From Rhodosorus marinus CCMP1338 (lineage: Eukaryota > Plantae > Rhodophyta), in assembly GCA_029953675.1 (NCBI GenBank), contig JAMWBK010000003.1:2604001-2668000 (forward strand): a stretch of DNA of 64,000 bases. Reading direction: 5' to 3'. The position numbers and the translations under genes are program-made. Position 1 is the stretch's first letter. Every line of letters begins with the position of its first letter. Of the stretch, positions 21,877 through 33,088 are shown piece after piece. The notes beneath the pieces are model-generated. The model ran no database searches. It saw only the letters and a program-made list of their open reading frames with translations, and had not been told where the DNA came from.

Positions 21877-23896
21877 GGTTTTTTCCCTAACACATAAATT
21901 TACAAAAAAACACACACCCCACCCCCCACAAAAATCTCAATGCTCACAATCCCTTCCCACAATCTCAGTCGAACAACTCACCTCTCTTCTCATCAATCTT
22001 ATATACTCTCTCTCTCTCCCCACCCCTCCCACCTCCCGCCCCGAACTCTTCCCTCCAGGTCAGTAATCATACTACTAAGACTACCATCCAGTCACTGACG
22101 GCAATGCCTGATCAATCTTCAGCTCAACGACGGGAAGTCATCCTCCTAGCTTATCAAAATGAGGCTCCCTCAATTGAAACAGATATTTTCTAGGGGTTAA
22201 ATCCTCCCCAACATTCTACTACTAAACAATATTTTGGATAATTTTAGAAGGTAAATTGATACCTAAAATACTCCAACCAGGGTTACCCAAACCTCATCAA
22301 GGACACGATTTGTTTTTCATTTGTTCTATGGAATTATATAGAGAATCGGCTTATTTACTTCCAACAAACCATACCCGAAAATGGTCATATTTATTTTAAA
22401 CTTTTAACAAGCGATCCGAAATAATTTTTTGATTAGAAGGAGGCGGGATAGGGTTTCTATCCCTACCCCTGGTAAAACCGACACGAAGAGTATAGATTGC
22501 TTCTAGAGCTATAACAGAACCATTTGTAAAAGTAGGAGCTTAGACAAAAGGGGGTGGTAAGAATAGTCATCAAGCCAATCGCTCTTTTGGACGATCTCGG
22601 CGAAGTAACTCAACAGCCGTCCTTAGCAAAAATCATCCATTATATTAATTTCTGCTGTTTTTGGTTTCGACAAGACCTTCCGGCTGGATAAAAGAAAAAC
22701 GTCCGATTGCGTGTGATATTTATTGGACGGTCGGATATATAAAGTTTATTGGACAAGACTTAGTAGTAGTGCAAGAAGCTTTACTAGCCTGGAGTGGGTC
22801 CGATATCAAGTTTCTCAGACCTGAATTAGAAATTAAGAAAGGTCTGGTACGTTCCGATAAGGGCGGACTCACGTTCGCACTGCTTGGGTCCAGTGTTCTT
22901 CCTAAAAGGTCGAATGGAAGAGAATCATATGAAAAGAAATATGGACCTCTCACCGTTTCTGAGAAATAGTGTTACAGCGTTGCTCACCTCGTTCTTGTTC
23001 TGTCCGCCTACGTTTCAGAAGCAAACACTCTATCCTATCTTTCGGGACTTGGGGCTGTCTGATCTGTTTGCACCGCTCATTATAGAGGGGACGTGTATTT
23101 TAGATGAGCGGGTCTTGCTACTCGCAGCCTTCATCCTGTCTTTCACAATGAAATGAACGCGAACATCTTGAAAGCCTCCTCATGGAGCTTTCTTTCACAC
23201 TACGGCGCTCTACTGCTGCTTTGTTGCTGGACGCCGCCGGATCAGCGTCTCCCTTTCCGCTCCTCAGGGTAGTTAGGTTCTCAATAAACGATGTTTATGA
23301 TAGGCCAACACTGAGCAGCACGTGATTCTCCTTCTGGATGTAATCTAGGGATGCGATCGGTGTCAAGTGATTTCGAAATGACTGAGTACCTGATTGATTG
23401 ATGCACAACGAGTGGAGTCAACTCGATCAGTGCCGCTGAATGTTGGATTGAATGGTTGCGGGATGGTCGCAGGACAACATGGACAGAGAGAGTAATTCGG
23501 AGGAGAAGAGCCAAGTTGCACAAGGACACCTTCACGCTGTTGGTGGTATTCCTGTCCGGATTGTTTCAGCTGGCGGGTGGTGGCTTGCACTGGAACGCAC
23601 CAAACTTAAGCCTAGAAACTGTGACTTGCAATTGACGCCTCCCACCTGGCAAATCCGTTTTAAGACCTCCGCACACATTCATTTGCTTTAAGAATATTAA
23701 AGGGTCGTTCTGGATTGGATGAAACGAATATTATTGAAAATAAAATATCATATATCAGCCCAAATTGTTCGGAAAAGAATGACTGCTATACGCGGCTGAT
23801 GTTAACCTGCTCGTTCCAGTGATCCATCCGACCATGGGTCCCATTGGGGAAGGGTTGTGTAGTCATTTCGAGGTCCCTGATTCCATGAGGGCTCTG

Positions 23897-23951
23897 TGAA
23901 AGGTTTCCTGATATGGTTACATCTATAGATGCCATATCAGGAAACCTTTCA
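23897..23951. repeat. 55-bp near-perfect palindrome
   Basis: TGAAAGGTTTCCTGATATGG-TTA-CATCTATAGATG-CCATATCAGGAAACCTTTCA. Confidence 0.95.
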
Positions 23952-24191
23952 GCTACTGAAACCGCTTGTGGCTGATTGATGGTCTGCAACATCCAGCATC
24001 AAAGTAGGACGCTTCTTTTTAGTACATGTACATTGACAATTCATGTAGGAATCGTACTAATTACACATAAGTTATGATCAAAAGTCAGTTATAAATCACG
24101 TATAGTCGTACAAGTCACTGTCTCTCCCCGCCAAGCGTGGTCGAGTGATCGGTATACTACTCGCCAGAGCTCAACAACATCTTGTGGGAGA

Positions 24192-24866
24192 TCAGCCGTC
24201 CTGGCATCCTAGCGGTAACACTCGGCTCGCCTGCTGCTCCTTTAGGGCAGCCCTATCAGCCAGTCGCAGGTATCCGCTATAATAGCGGAGTGTCCTGGGA
24301 GATATATTCACATTCCAACCAAGCAGCCCCAGCATTTGAAGCTCTAGTGCGTTCATTTCGTGCACACTGCGCACCCCCGCGATTTGGCCGTAGTACCGAT
24401 TCGTGTATACATCATCATCCAGAAACTTGGCGGCGAGAACGACAGCTGCAGTGAACAATCGATGAACGTTGAAGCTGTTTACTGCCATGGCTGGGTGTCT
24501 ACGCTGTGCAAGATCCAGGAGGGCAAACGCCGCCACGAAAACAATGTTCGAGCAGTTCATGTACCTGGAGAACCTCTGAAGGTAGAACGTAATATCAAAT
24601 TTTTGTCTCTGACTTGAGCAGAAAACCGCAAGCTGCCGAAAATTACTGGCATTCAACCCTTGCCAAACTCTATCGTTTTTGTGGCACAGCAGCTTCAACG
24701 CATACGATAACCCTATAAGCATTTCCTCCCTGCTGAGACCGTCCCATTCGTCTTCAAAGTCAACACTTTGTCCTCCGTGCATTTGAGCCTCACTTTCCGG
24801 GAGTTTCATCTTTACCTCCTCGAGCCGTTCCAAACCCGTTTGAGCTAGCGCCACATCTACCACCAT
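24192..24866 (-). CDS. P/U-type (Pho80-like) cyclin, second paralog
   Basis: YLQRFSRYMNCS, NVHRLFTAAVVLAAKFLDDDVYTNRYYGQIAG, EMNALELQML. Confidence 0.9.
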   Translation of the reverse strand: MVVDVALAQTGLERLEEVKMKLPESEAQMHGGQSVDFEDEWDGLSREEMLIGLSYALKLLCHKNDRVWQGLNASNFRQLAVFCSSQRQKFDITFYLQRFSRYMNCSNIVFVAAFALLDLAQRRHPAMAVNSFNVHRLFTAAVVLAAKFLDDDVYTNRYYGQIAGVRSVHEMNALELQMLGLLGWNVNISPRTLRYYSGYLRLADRAALKEQQASRVLPLGCQDG

Positions 24867-27800
24867 TGTACTTCTCGGTCTCCCTAAACTGAACTAAGCT
24901 CAGACTATATCACCCTCAACATCCGCGAACAGCCCAACGGTTTCCAAAATACCAAACCAGTCACCTCCAATACCTCTCACATAAAACCATGCCAGAGCCT
25001 CTATAACAGCATCGCACGTCTCACTACACACCCTCAGTCAACCCCATAAAATTCCAAAACATCTTCTACGCAGCCGATTCTATCGCATAACAACTCATAA
25101 AGGGCACATCCCCTTACAATGTCCCACACAAAATATCCCCATTTTTCTATCGCGACTCTCTACTCTCTTACATTCCCCTTCTCTTCTCCAACCCACCCAC
25201 CTCTGTCTCAATCCAAGAGTTTCCTCAATATCCAGTCCTATTAACCTCCGCGAACAGAAATCTTACGGTCTCCAATCCCCCTCCCCGCCTGATAGAAAAG
25301 ACAGAGAAAAAAAAATCCAAAGATATCCGCTCCGACCAATCTCCAGCACACCAGTCACCCTCTCAAGCACTACACCGTTCCCATCCCCGCCAATGCGAAT
25401 TCCAGATTTAGCGTCCCAACACAATACAAATAAAATTAAATCAATCTCAATATGTATTAAAAGTTTTAGCAAACAAAAATCCACATCCAAAACATCCACT
25501 AAGCAACAAAGACCCGAGAGCGGGGGCAAATTCATAGGAATTTTTTTAGTTCATTTTATCTCCACCATTCTCTCAGTCCATATTTCGCTTAAATTATATT
25601 TAAAATACTATATCATCGTATTGTATGTAAGATATTTTTATGAATTGATTGGCCAAACCGGTACTATTTTTTTTCTTTTTACTGACACACTATTCTTCGA
25701 TTGCTTTTCCTGAGAAGTCGTGGTGGATGATATTTTAATATTGTTTCTTTATTGTTTTGAAGGTATACGGAGTTTGATTGGTGAATATAGTTAAATAATC
25801 GATAGTGATTGGTGAATGACTTGACCCTTGTAAAGGCTTTGGATTGGGTTTGATAGGATATTTGATTGAGGGATGTCTGGAAGCCACAAGGGGCGGGACT
25901 TTTGGGGGAACACTATATATTGAGCTGATACTAGATAGCACCCGCTTTGACTTCTTCTCTAACACGTACAATGGTTGTGTCTTTAACAAAACTAAAAGAC
26001 TGGTTGTTGAGAGATATAAAGAAGCGTTTTGCTGCTAAACAGGATTGCTCATCGTGCTGGCTGTTCTGTAGAGGATATGGTTTTTCCCCACCTCTGTGTT
26101 CAATCCGTTTTCTTCTTTTTTTTTGGTTTGTGTTCGTAATTCTATGTGGATGTGCTTTTCGCCTGTGTTTTAGTGTTTCAGGGGACTAGGACAAAATCTT
26201 CTCCAGCCATTTCGTGGCAAGTCATGCAGGAAAAGCGTCGGTTTAGGTCTTCGTCTCGCTCGCAAAGGCGCACGTTATTGACGGAAATAAAGCCAGCGGA
26301 GCGTGGGGGAGCATGCGCATAGAAGGAGAATTTTTGTCCGACCTCTGTTGATCGTCAAATCTATGCGCACCCCGGCATATGTACAGAAAACATGAGCGCC
26401 ATAAAGATATCAGCGGAAAAAAGGGCATTAACTTTCCGGGCGGGTGTTCTGAAAACTGAAGCCCCGCGGACATCTTGAGCTTCCCCGCCACAATGTGTTT
26501 GGTGCAGCGTGTGGTTGCGAGATATAATGATAAGCCTCTGCAGGTATTTGGACATGGGCGCAGCATGTTTTGATACGCAGAACAAATTTCTTTCTCTCAA
26601 GAGGCAAGATCAGGGATTTTTAGGGCACGCGGCGAATTTCCCCTTTTGTTGCCTCCACCTCCCTTGGAGGCACGAGCGTGTTGCCCAACTTCAATGTCTG
26701 GTGCGAGTCTTTCAAATCTTTCTGGAGAGATCGTGGGTTTCTTCAGAGAAAGTGAAATCCAGTACTCCAAAACGTCAACAATGCGTCCGTCTGCTCTGTT
26801 TAGAATTGTGCCAACTTCGCATCTCCAACTCATTGCGGATTGGCCCGCAGAGTTAGCACAATAGTCCTAATGCGCATTAGGAAATTCGGTTCCCTGTATC
26901 TGAATCTTCTATTTTCTACGATTCGCTTAGATAATCACATAAGAAGTCTAAACCGTCTCGTTCCCAACACCCCTGGCTGCTTTCTAGCACGCCATCAAAT
27001 GAACGCTACCGTCCAAGACGTGCCGCAGAACAGGCATGTACTTTCTTCCGGAGTTCCTGGACATGGCTTTAAGCAGCTAAGAACTTCATACCTGTGAAAT
27101 TCGCTACAGATCCACCAAACTCATCCTCTTCCAAGTTGGGACAACAGCCAGAAACAAAAGACAAAGCCGGCGGATCAATGGGAACCCAAAAAAGGCCCGA
27201 TTGAAGGACGTGAGGAGACCATGATGATTCATTTCTTCTGTTTAAGGGGTGTAGGGCTATCTGATGATAGAACAGGGACCGCCACTTCCCGCCCCCCGCC
27301 ACCCTCGCCTTTTTGTATCGAATTTTGGTCGATGGCGCTTTTCAGTCGCAACAAAAGAAAGATTTCCCAAATAAGTTCCTCCCTCCCCACGGGATATTCT
27401 CGTTTTCTCAATCTATTATGAAGGAAAACTTGTTATCAGGAACCCTCTGAAGGCCACTTCTTGTTCTCGAATATGTTTCATGTTCGAAGGATGGGAAAGG
27501 TGAAGTTGGTATAAACGATCTTTTCTTACAGATTATATTGTACAGATTTTGTATATTGAAGAAAAATAGGCAAGGCTTTATCGTATAAGTTAGAGATATT
27601 ACGTTAAGCAGGTTTTTTCGGTTTCAGTGTTGTTCTCTCGGGAAGGGACCGGACGGTGGTTGGGGTCCCGGGACATCTGGAAAGATTCTTCTGGATTCCA
27701 TCTCCTTCGAAAACGAGGATTTAGTGAACTCGCAATGCGCCGCTTCATTTTTTACTCTAACCTCGTTTCTAAACTGCTGGCAGAATTCTATCCCAAAGTT

Positions 27801-28105
27801 GGCGATGAGTGTCAGAACCGAAGCCGGATGACGCAGTTGGCATGGTTTCTTTAAAAAATGCGAGCATTGTGGCAGGAGCAGCAGTCACAATATCGTGGTT
27901 TCCCTGAGGGCTAGGCCTCGCGACTATCGCTTCTCTGAGCTCGGACTCTCTCTTGTGCGATTTGAACCGTTGAGCCACAAGCAGTAAAGAAAACAATTGC
28001 CGCCAGTCGTCTCCTGATCCTAGGGCATGGCGATCTGGGATTCTGTCGCAGATTGGTTCCTCGACCTTTGTTTTTGCTTCAAACGCCTCTGTCCCAACTC
28101 CGAGA

Positions 28106-29282
28106 TCATCTTTTGAAGCAGACGGCATCCAAGCAAGCCATTGGTCCGTGCTACCTCAATGCGAATTGTAGCGGTTATCAGGAAAATACAGCATCGGGAT
28201 AATGGATCGTGGCACACTCGTGAGCTAATGAGACAGGTCCAAATTTTTGCAGCGTGGATTGTTTTGGTAGCTTACACTGCGAACCCTTTCCAGGAGTTCA
28301 TATCGAGGGACAAGAATTCCTCCTGCGAACGCTAGAGAGTTCATTGATATTCCATCAAAGCACTCCGCCTTCCGAGGAACCATGAACATCCAGTCCCTTG
28401 TTGCGAGCAAATTGTACGGCATATGGGATGTCACAGCCGCGCTGGGCATCAGCTCATCAGACAGCCGCGCGAGACAGCTTAGATACCGTTCGAAAATGAG
28501 CTCTGCAGCTTTCGTTGGTTGCAAGTCCCGGCAGTCGATCGTAGACATCAGAGTATGAACAAAAGGAAAAGCCTCGCAATACCTAATTTCTCCAGGTTGG
28601 GCTCCTTCCAGAGACCTGCTAATCGCCTTATCGAACGGAGTTCTCATGCTGCCTCCGATGTCCAAGGGGGTTGGCACCACTTGTAGGTGCTTGTGCCTTT
28701 GACTGAGGTGATATGCAGATCCGAGAAGCGGCGCCTTAGATTTTTCTTAGTCAGAGTTCATACAATGCGACTGTGCTCCTACCTGGCACCAGCGATCTGT
28801 CCGCCGTTGTAGAACGCCAGCCCATCCAAGTCCTTGAGAACCGACCACATCGCCTCAAAGTCGTGTTTAGTCAGCAGGGATGACTGGTCTTCAAACTCTT
28901 TAGTAACGATGAGCAAATGATTGTCGACGACGTTAAATTTGTTTAACAGAAGCGCATGGCGAGGGGGTGCATCCCCGACAAACATCTCCTTCTCATACGG
29001 AAGAAACGGATTGAAGTTTGGATCTTTGGCTTTGGATTCCTTTTTTCTCTTGAGGTTTCCTAGAACGCGCACAATGAACTGCAAAAGCCGAATAAATATG
29101 TCCACACGTAAGCAATTACATAGTGGGAACCAAAAGCATAGGACTCCCAAGAAAGACAGTTCTAGGCTCACCTTGAATTCACCTTCCTCAACATGATGAA
29201 TCTCAGTTGGCAGCGAGAGTAGATGTCCACTGGCCTTTGCCTGGTGCGAAACGGTGGCGATCCGTTCCAGAAGCTTGCTCAT
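28106..29282 (-). CDS. Ap4A phosphorylase / ATP adenylyltransferase (Apa2-like); introns 29079-29171, 28703-28782 and 28151-28275
   Basis: FNPFLPYE, LLNKFNVVDNHLLIVT, FYNGGQIAGASQRHKHLQ (HxHxQ), YNLL, WMFMVPR, MNSLAFAG, terminal HGPMACLDAV. Confidence 0.92.
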
Positions 29283-30100
29283 CTTTAGCAGAAGAAGACC
29301 ATACAGGACCAAGTACTAAATCGAGCCCATGAGATTTCTATCAAGTGCTTGTACAATGCAAGAAAGCAACTACTCGGGCACGCAAACAAATCTGAAAGGT
29401 ACCACCAGAGAGAGAGATTTCAACTGGCACGCCCTTACTCTGTCAAGTGCCCGCGCCGCCTATCTCAGGCTGGCCTTCGCTTCGATGGGTAGTAGGTGCT
29501 AGTCAGTATCCGACAATCGAGACTTATCGCGAGCGCTGAGGAATCATAGAATGGAGTTCCAAGCTGCAGTGAAAAAACTTGGCTACAAGCCAACATCCCA
29601 GTTCACATTAACAGGCGTGGGACGGGACCGAGGATGTTAAGCACGTCCCGAGGGGTGTCCTGGACTAAACCTCCTCGTTCTCTCAGGTCACGGTATAGCT
29701 GTCTGGTCAAGGAGATATCGTATGATCTTTCTAAACATTGTTGGTGCCCGCGAAGGGACTCGAGAAAGACTTCATCTTCCCAGCTTTCGAGATTTTTCGG
29801 GGGTTTGGTTCGTGCTGCTCTTTGGGCGTACGGATCGCCACATTTAATTGTGACGCTCAGCAGCCTTCGCATTCCATCAGTCCTGACACAAGCGTTGGAC
29901 CTGATCAGAGGCCCACTATTAGGCTATCGGCGATCCAGAATAACGAACTCTCGGCACGTGATGATAACTATGGACGGAAGACTGAGTAGGCCTTTTGGAT
30001 GGTTGGGAGGTAGAATGCATAGGTTGTAGTTTGTGATACCTCGAGAGTACTGGCGAAGATGATCCGGTGTGATGAATCGTTGCCTCTTTATACAGAACGT

Positions 30101-31024
30101 ATGCCTCTGGATGTACCCGCCCTTACGGAACTTCAGGCGGGGCTGGAAGAGCAGCTGAAGGGGAACTACGAATCCGTCGACGTGAGCTTAGTGGAGTGCG
30201 TTGATCTCAGCCGTTGGGGGCTGGCCTTTCCTGGTTTGTGTGGATCCGAGAGTCTGGTTGATGTTGGAGGAGTTCCTAATTTACTCGACCCAACGTTTCA
30301 GAGGCTTGCCTACCCCATTGAGGAGATCTGCGTCTGTGCAGGCGTACCCAATGGCTGTGCCCTCGGTGCATCCGCTGCGGACGCAAATTTCGTCGGAAGG
30401 AACGCTGAGCTGATGCCGTGCGAGTCTGTTGGAGGCCGTTTGAGGACTACACAAACAGCAAAGTTGGATGATGATGATGAACGGCCAGAGTTGATGGCCT
30501 ACGACCACGGTAGAATCGGTTGCCTCGGAAATCTGTTCGTCTCTGAAGGAAAACCTGGCCGCGTTTTGAAGATAAAAGTTGCAAACCGTAGTGAACTGAG
30601 CAAAGGTGACTTCGTTGCTGTGCTACAGAACTGCTTGGTGAAGGCATTCCCTACAGAGCACATTGGATTGGGCGGCGTGTTCAGACTTGACTCCGGCGCC
30701 GTAAAGGCGCACATCATGCCAGATTTCAAGAAGACCGTGATGACCGACGGCCCGGAGGTCGAATCCTGGCTCAAATTTTTTGAGTTCGGGCCTGGAGGAA
30801 CTTTCCTGTCAACCCTGCTAAGCTCCGACCCATCAGATGGTCGGCTGAATCTCCGTCTCAGCCATACGCACTTCTTCAACTCCGGAACCGGAGAAGGTGG
30901 TCACTATCACAACGATACTACTCCAAAGGATTGTCAATACACAGCTTATTTTATGCCAGCCAAATACATTTACAGAATCGAAAACGCTTTTGATAGATCC
31001 AAATGCCTTGTTAAAGTGGACTAA
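30101..31024 (+). CDS. C11orf54 / DUF1907 homolog, intronless
   Basis: VDVGGVPNL, LGNLFVSEGKPGRVLK, GLGGVF, AHIMPDF, WLKFFE, Zn-site SHTHFF and GGHYHNDTTP, YTAYF. Confidence 0.9.
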   Translation: MPLDVPALTELQAGLEEQLKGNYESVDVSLVECVDLSRWGLAFPGLCGSESLVDVGGVPNLLDPTFQRLAYPIEEICVCAGVPNGCALGASAADANFVGRNAELMPCESVGGRLRTTQTAKLDDDDERPELMAYDHGRIGCLGNLFVSEGKPGRVLKIKVANRSELSKGDFVAVLQNCLVKAFPTEHIGLGGVFRLDSGAVKAHIMPDFKKTVMTDGPEVESWLKFFEFGPGGTFLSTLLSSDPSDGRLNLRLSHTHFFNSGTGEGGHYHNDTTPKDCQYTAYFMPAKYIYRIENAFDRSKCLVKVD

Positions 31025-31104
31025 ACCATTCGCACAATACTTGAAATAAGTCTCCGACAACGCACTCCTAGAGAGTCGCTGGTAGTCAAGCTAGTCGGTA
31101 GGCA

Positions 31105-31900
31105 ACCCGTGGCATCTTTCTGCCTCCATAAACTCATCGCCCAGCGCGGTTCAATCGCGACACCACCCCCGAATCGTATCTCATCAAATCCCATTCTGTA
31201 TTGGACATCAAACCGAAACGGAAATGGAAAGAGGAAAACGGCGGTCGGCAGAGCTGCCCTTCTAACCCATGGCACAATCTATACCTCCAGGAACTAACTC
31301 AGATCTCCATCATAGATCAATTACCAAACTCAAATCACATCTCACTCTAATCCCATTCTGCATTGCACATTTAAGCGAAGCGGAAATGCCAAGAGGAAAG
31401 CGCGGGTCAGCGAGGCTGCCATCCCAAGCCGTGGCACAATGTTTATCTTCACGAACTAGCTCATCATCCAGTCCGGAGACCAATCGCCACACTAAACCCG
31501 AATCATTTCTCACTCATATCCCATTCTGCTTGAACGGTTGAATCGAAACGGAAATGCCAAGAGGAAAAGTGCTGGTCAGCGAGCCTGTCATCCCAACCCG
31601 TGGCGCGATGTTTACCTCCAGGAACTATGTCTTATTCTTGTTCAGAGATCAATCGGCACACCAAACCCGAATCACATCCTCACCTAATCCTATTCTAGCC
31701 TGGACGTTGAAGCGAAATAGAAATGCCAAGAGGAAAAGTGCCGGTCAGCGAGCCTGTCATCCTAAACCGTGGCGCAATGTTTACCTCCAGGAACTATAAC
31801 ATCTTCTAGTTCAGAGATCAATCGCCACCACCAAACCCGAATCACATCCTCACCTAATCCCATTCTGCATTGGTCATTAAAACCGAAATGGAAATCAAGC
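31105..31900. repeat. Degenerate tandem array, about 5 units of 162-171 bp
   Basis: An anchor of the form GAAATGCCAAGAGGAAA or a variant recurs at about 31220, 31382, 31550, 31719 and 31890; AATCCCATTCTG and CCCGAATC recur with the same period. Confidence 0.9.
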
Positions 31901-32152
31901 CAAAAAAAAATCTGAGTAAGGAAAATGGCAGGCGGTGCCGTTGGCGGTGGTGGTGTGGGACTAGTGAAGGAGAATGCATTTTTATTGGAGATTGGTTTTT
32001 AGGAATTTATGCAGAAGGATGGAGGAGTATATTGAGGAGGGGGATTGAGTGACTGTGGGAATGGTATTCAGAGGGTGTTGACTTTGAAGTAGTCCCGTGA
32101 GTTAGTGGAGAGAGTAGTGAAGTTTTGGGGGTTCTTGGGGGATAAAGGAAGG

Positions 32153-33088
32153 ATGGGATTTGTTGGAGTCCCTGGAGGGATGAGATGGAAGTTTGGAGGG
32201 GTGCCGATGATCAGCCGAATGGGATTGAGGACGTATCGGATGCTGTCTACGATTTCTGGGCTGGCCGGTTCTGACGTTAATATGTTTCGTGCAAAGCATA
32301 TTCTGTTGAGCTCCAAGGACATGGCAGAATCTTGTCAGACTCAGGTTAAATCGGGGGCCAAGTTTGCAGATGTCGCCAAGTCGATCTCGCAGTGTCCGAG
32401 CAAGGACAGAGGGGGCGATTTGGGGTGGTTTAGGGCTGGCACCATGGCCTCTGGGTTCGAGAAAGCCTGTAGAGAAACAGCTGTTGGGGATACGGTAATC
32501 GCAGAGACAGTATGCCAAGTCCCACTTTTTACAAGCCCGCTCTTTCTTTTCGAAGCGCGGTTGTGCGGATTTCACATGCTCAACACTCCCACCTATTCAA
32601 TTTCTCAGGAGTTCGGATGGCACGTTATTCAGGTTAACGGCAAAGCCAATTATCCGAAAACTATGACTGTACAAGAACTATCTGAGCTGTACAATGACAA
32701 AGAATTACTCGAGAATTACCAGCTCATAGATGTCAGGGAGGTATGCAAGAGTGATTGCTCCCCACAGTCGTGCAGGGCTGATTGTTACGAGTCTGACCGC
32801 TGTGCTCTTCGTCTTCTCCTCCTGTGCCAGCATGGTGAGGTCGAAATCGCAAAGCTCGAGCACTTTGAGGTTTTGCCAATGTCCGAGTATGAATTGTGGG
32901 CGGATTCAGTTGAGAATACAGGGCGCTTCGATAAGTCCAAGCCCACAGTAGTTATGTGTCACCACGGTATACGGTCTGCTCAGATGGCATACTACTTCGC
33001 GCAGCAAGGATTTGAGGACGTGTACAACCTCGCGGGCGGTATCAACGCTTGGTCCATGGCCGTTGATGAAAACGTCGCTAAATATTAA
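32153..33088 (+). CDS. Parvulin (PpiC) PPIase-rhodanese fusion, similar to plant STR12; introns 32510-32608 and 32741-32830
   Basis: FRAKHILL, SQCPSKDRGGDLGWF, FGWHVIQV; rhodanese LIDVRE, CHHGIRS, VYNLAGGINAW. Confidence 0.9.
   Translation: MGFVGVPGGMRWKFGGVPMISRMGLRTYRMLSTISGLAGSDVNMFRAKHILLSSKDMAESCQTQVKSGAKFADVAKSISQCPSKDRGGDLGWFRAGTMASGFEKACRETAVGDTVIAETVCQVPLFTSPLFLFEARLCGFHMLNTPTYSISQEFGWHVIQVNGKANYPKTMTVQELSELYNDKELLENYQLIDVREVCKSDCSPQSCRADCYESDRCALRLLLLCQHGEVEIAKLEHFEVLPMSEYELWADSVENTGRFDKSKPTVVMCHHGIRSAQMAYYFAQQGFEDVYNLAGGINAWSMAVDENVAKY

Noticed and set aside
22661-22969. 102-codon frame with DLVVVQE resembling an APE endonuclease motif
   Set aside because: A single short motif, no ATG and wrong spacing to the upstream WN motif.
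23700-23860. Possible decayed gypsy integrase Zn-finger (FW.GMKR...PSRPW-like)
   Set aside because: It requires several invented frameshifts, which is too weak to call.
26243-27302. Possible minus-strand multi-exon gene
   Set aside because: Splice-like signals exist, but I could not assemble a consistent ORF or recognise a domain.
29603-30029. Short ORFs on both strands, including a CDP-alcohol-transferase-like phrase (IIITCREFVIL)
   Set aside because: No DGxxAR motif and no coherent exon chain; probably the divergent promoter region.
31105-31900. CRISPR-like array or coding repeat
   Set aside because: The units are homologous over their whole length (no unique spacers), the periods are not multiples of 3, there are no cas genes, and the context is eukaryotic.
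32153-33088. Parvulin-rhodanese fusion as a novel architecture
   Set aside because: Already known in plants (STR12-type) and some bacteria.
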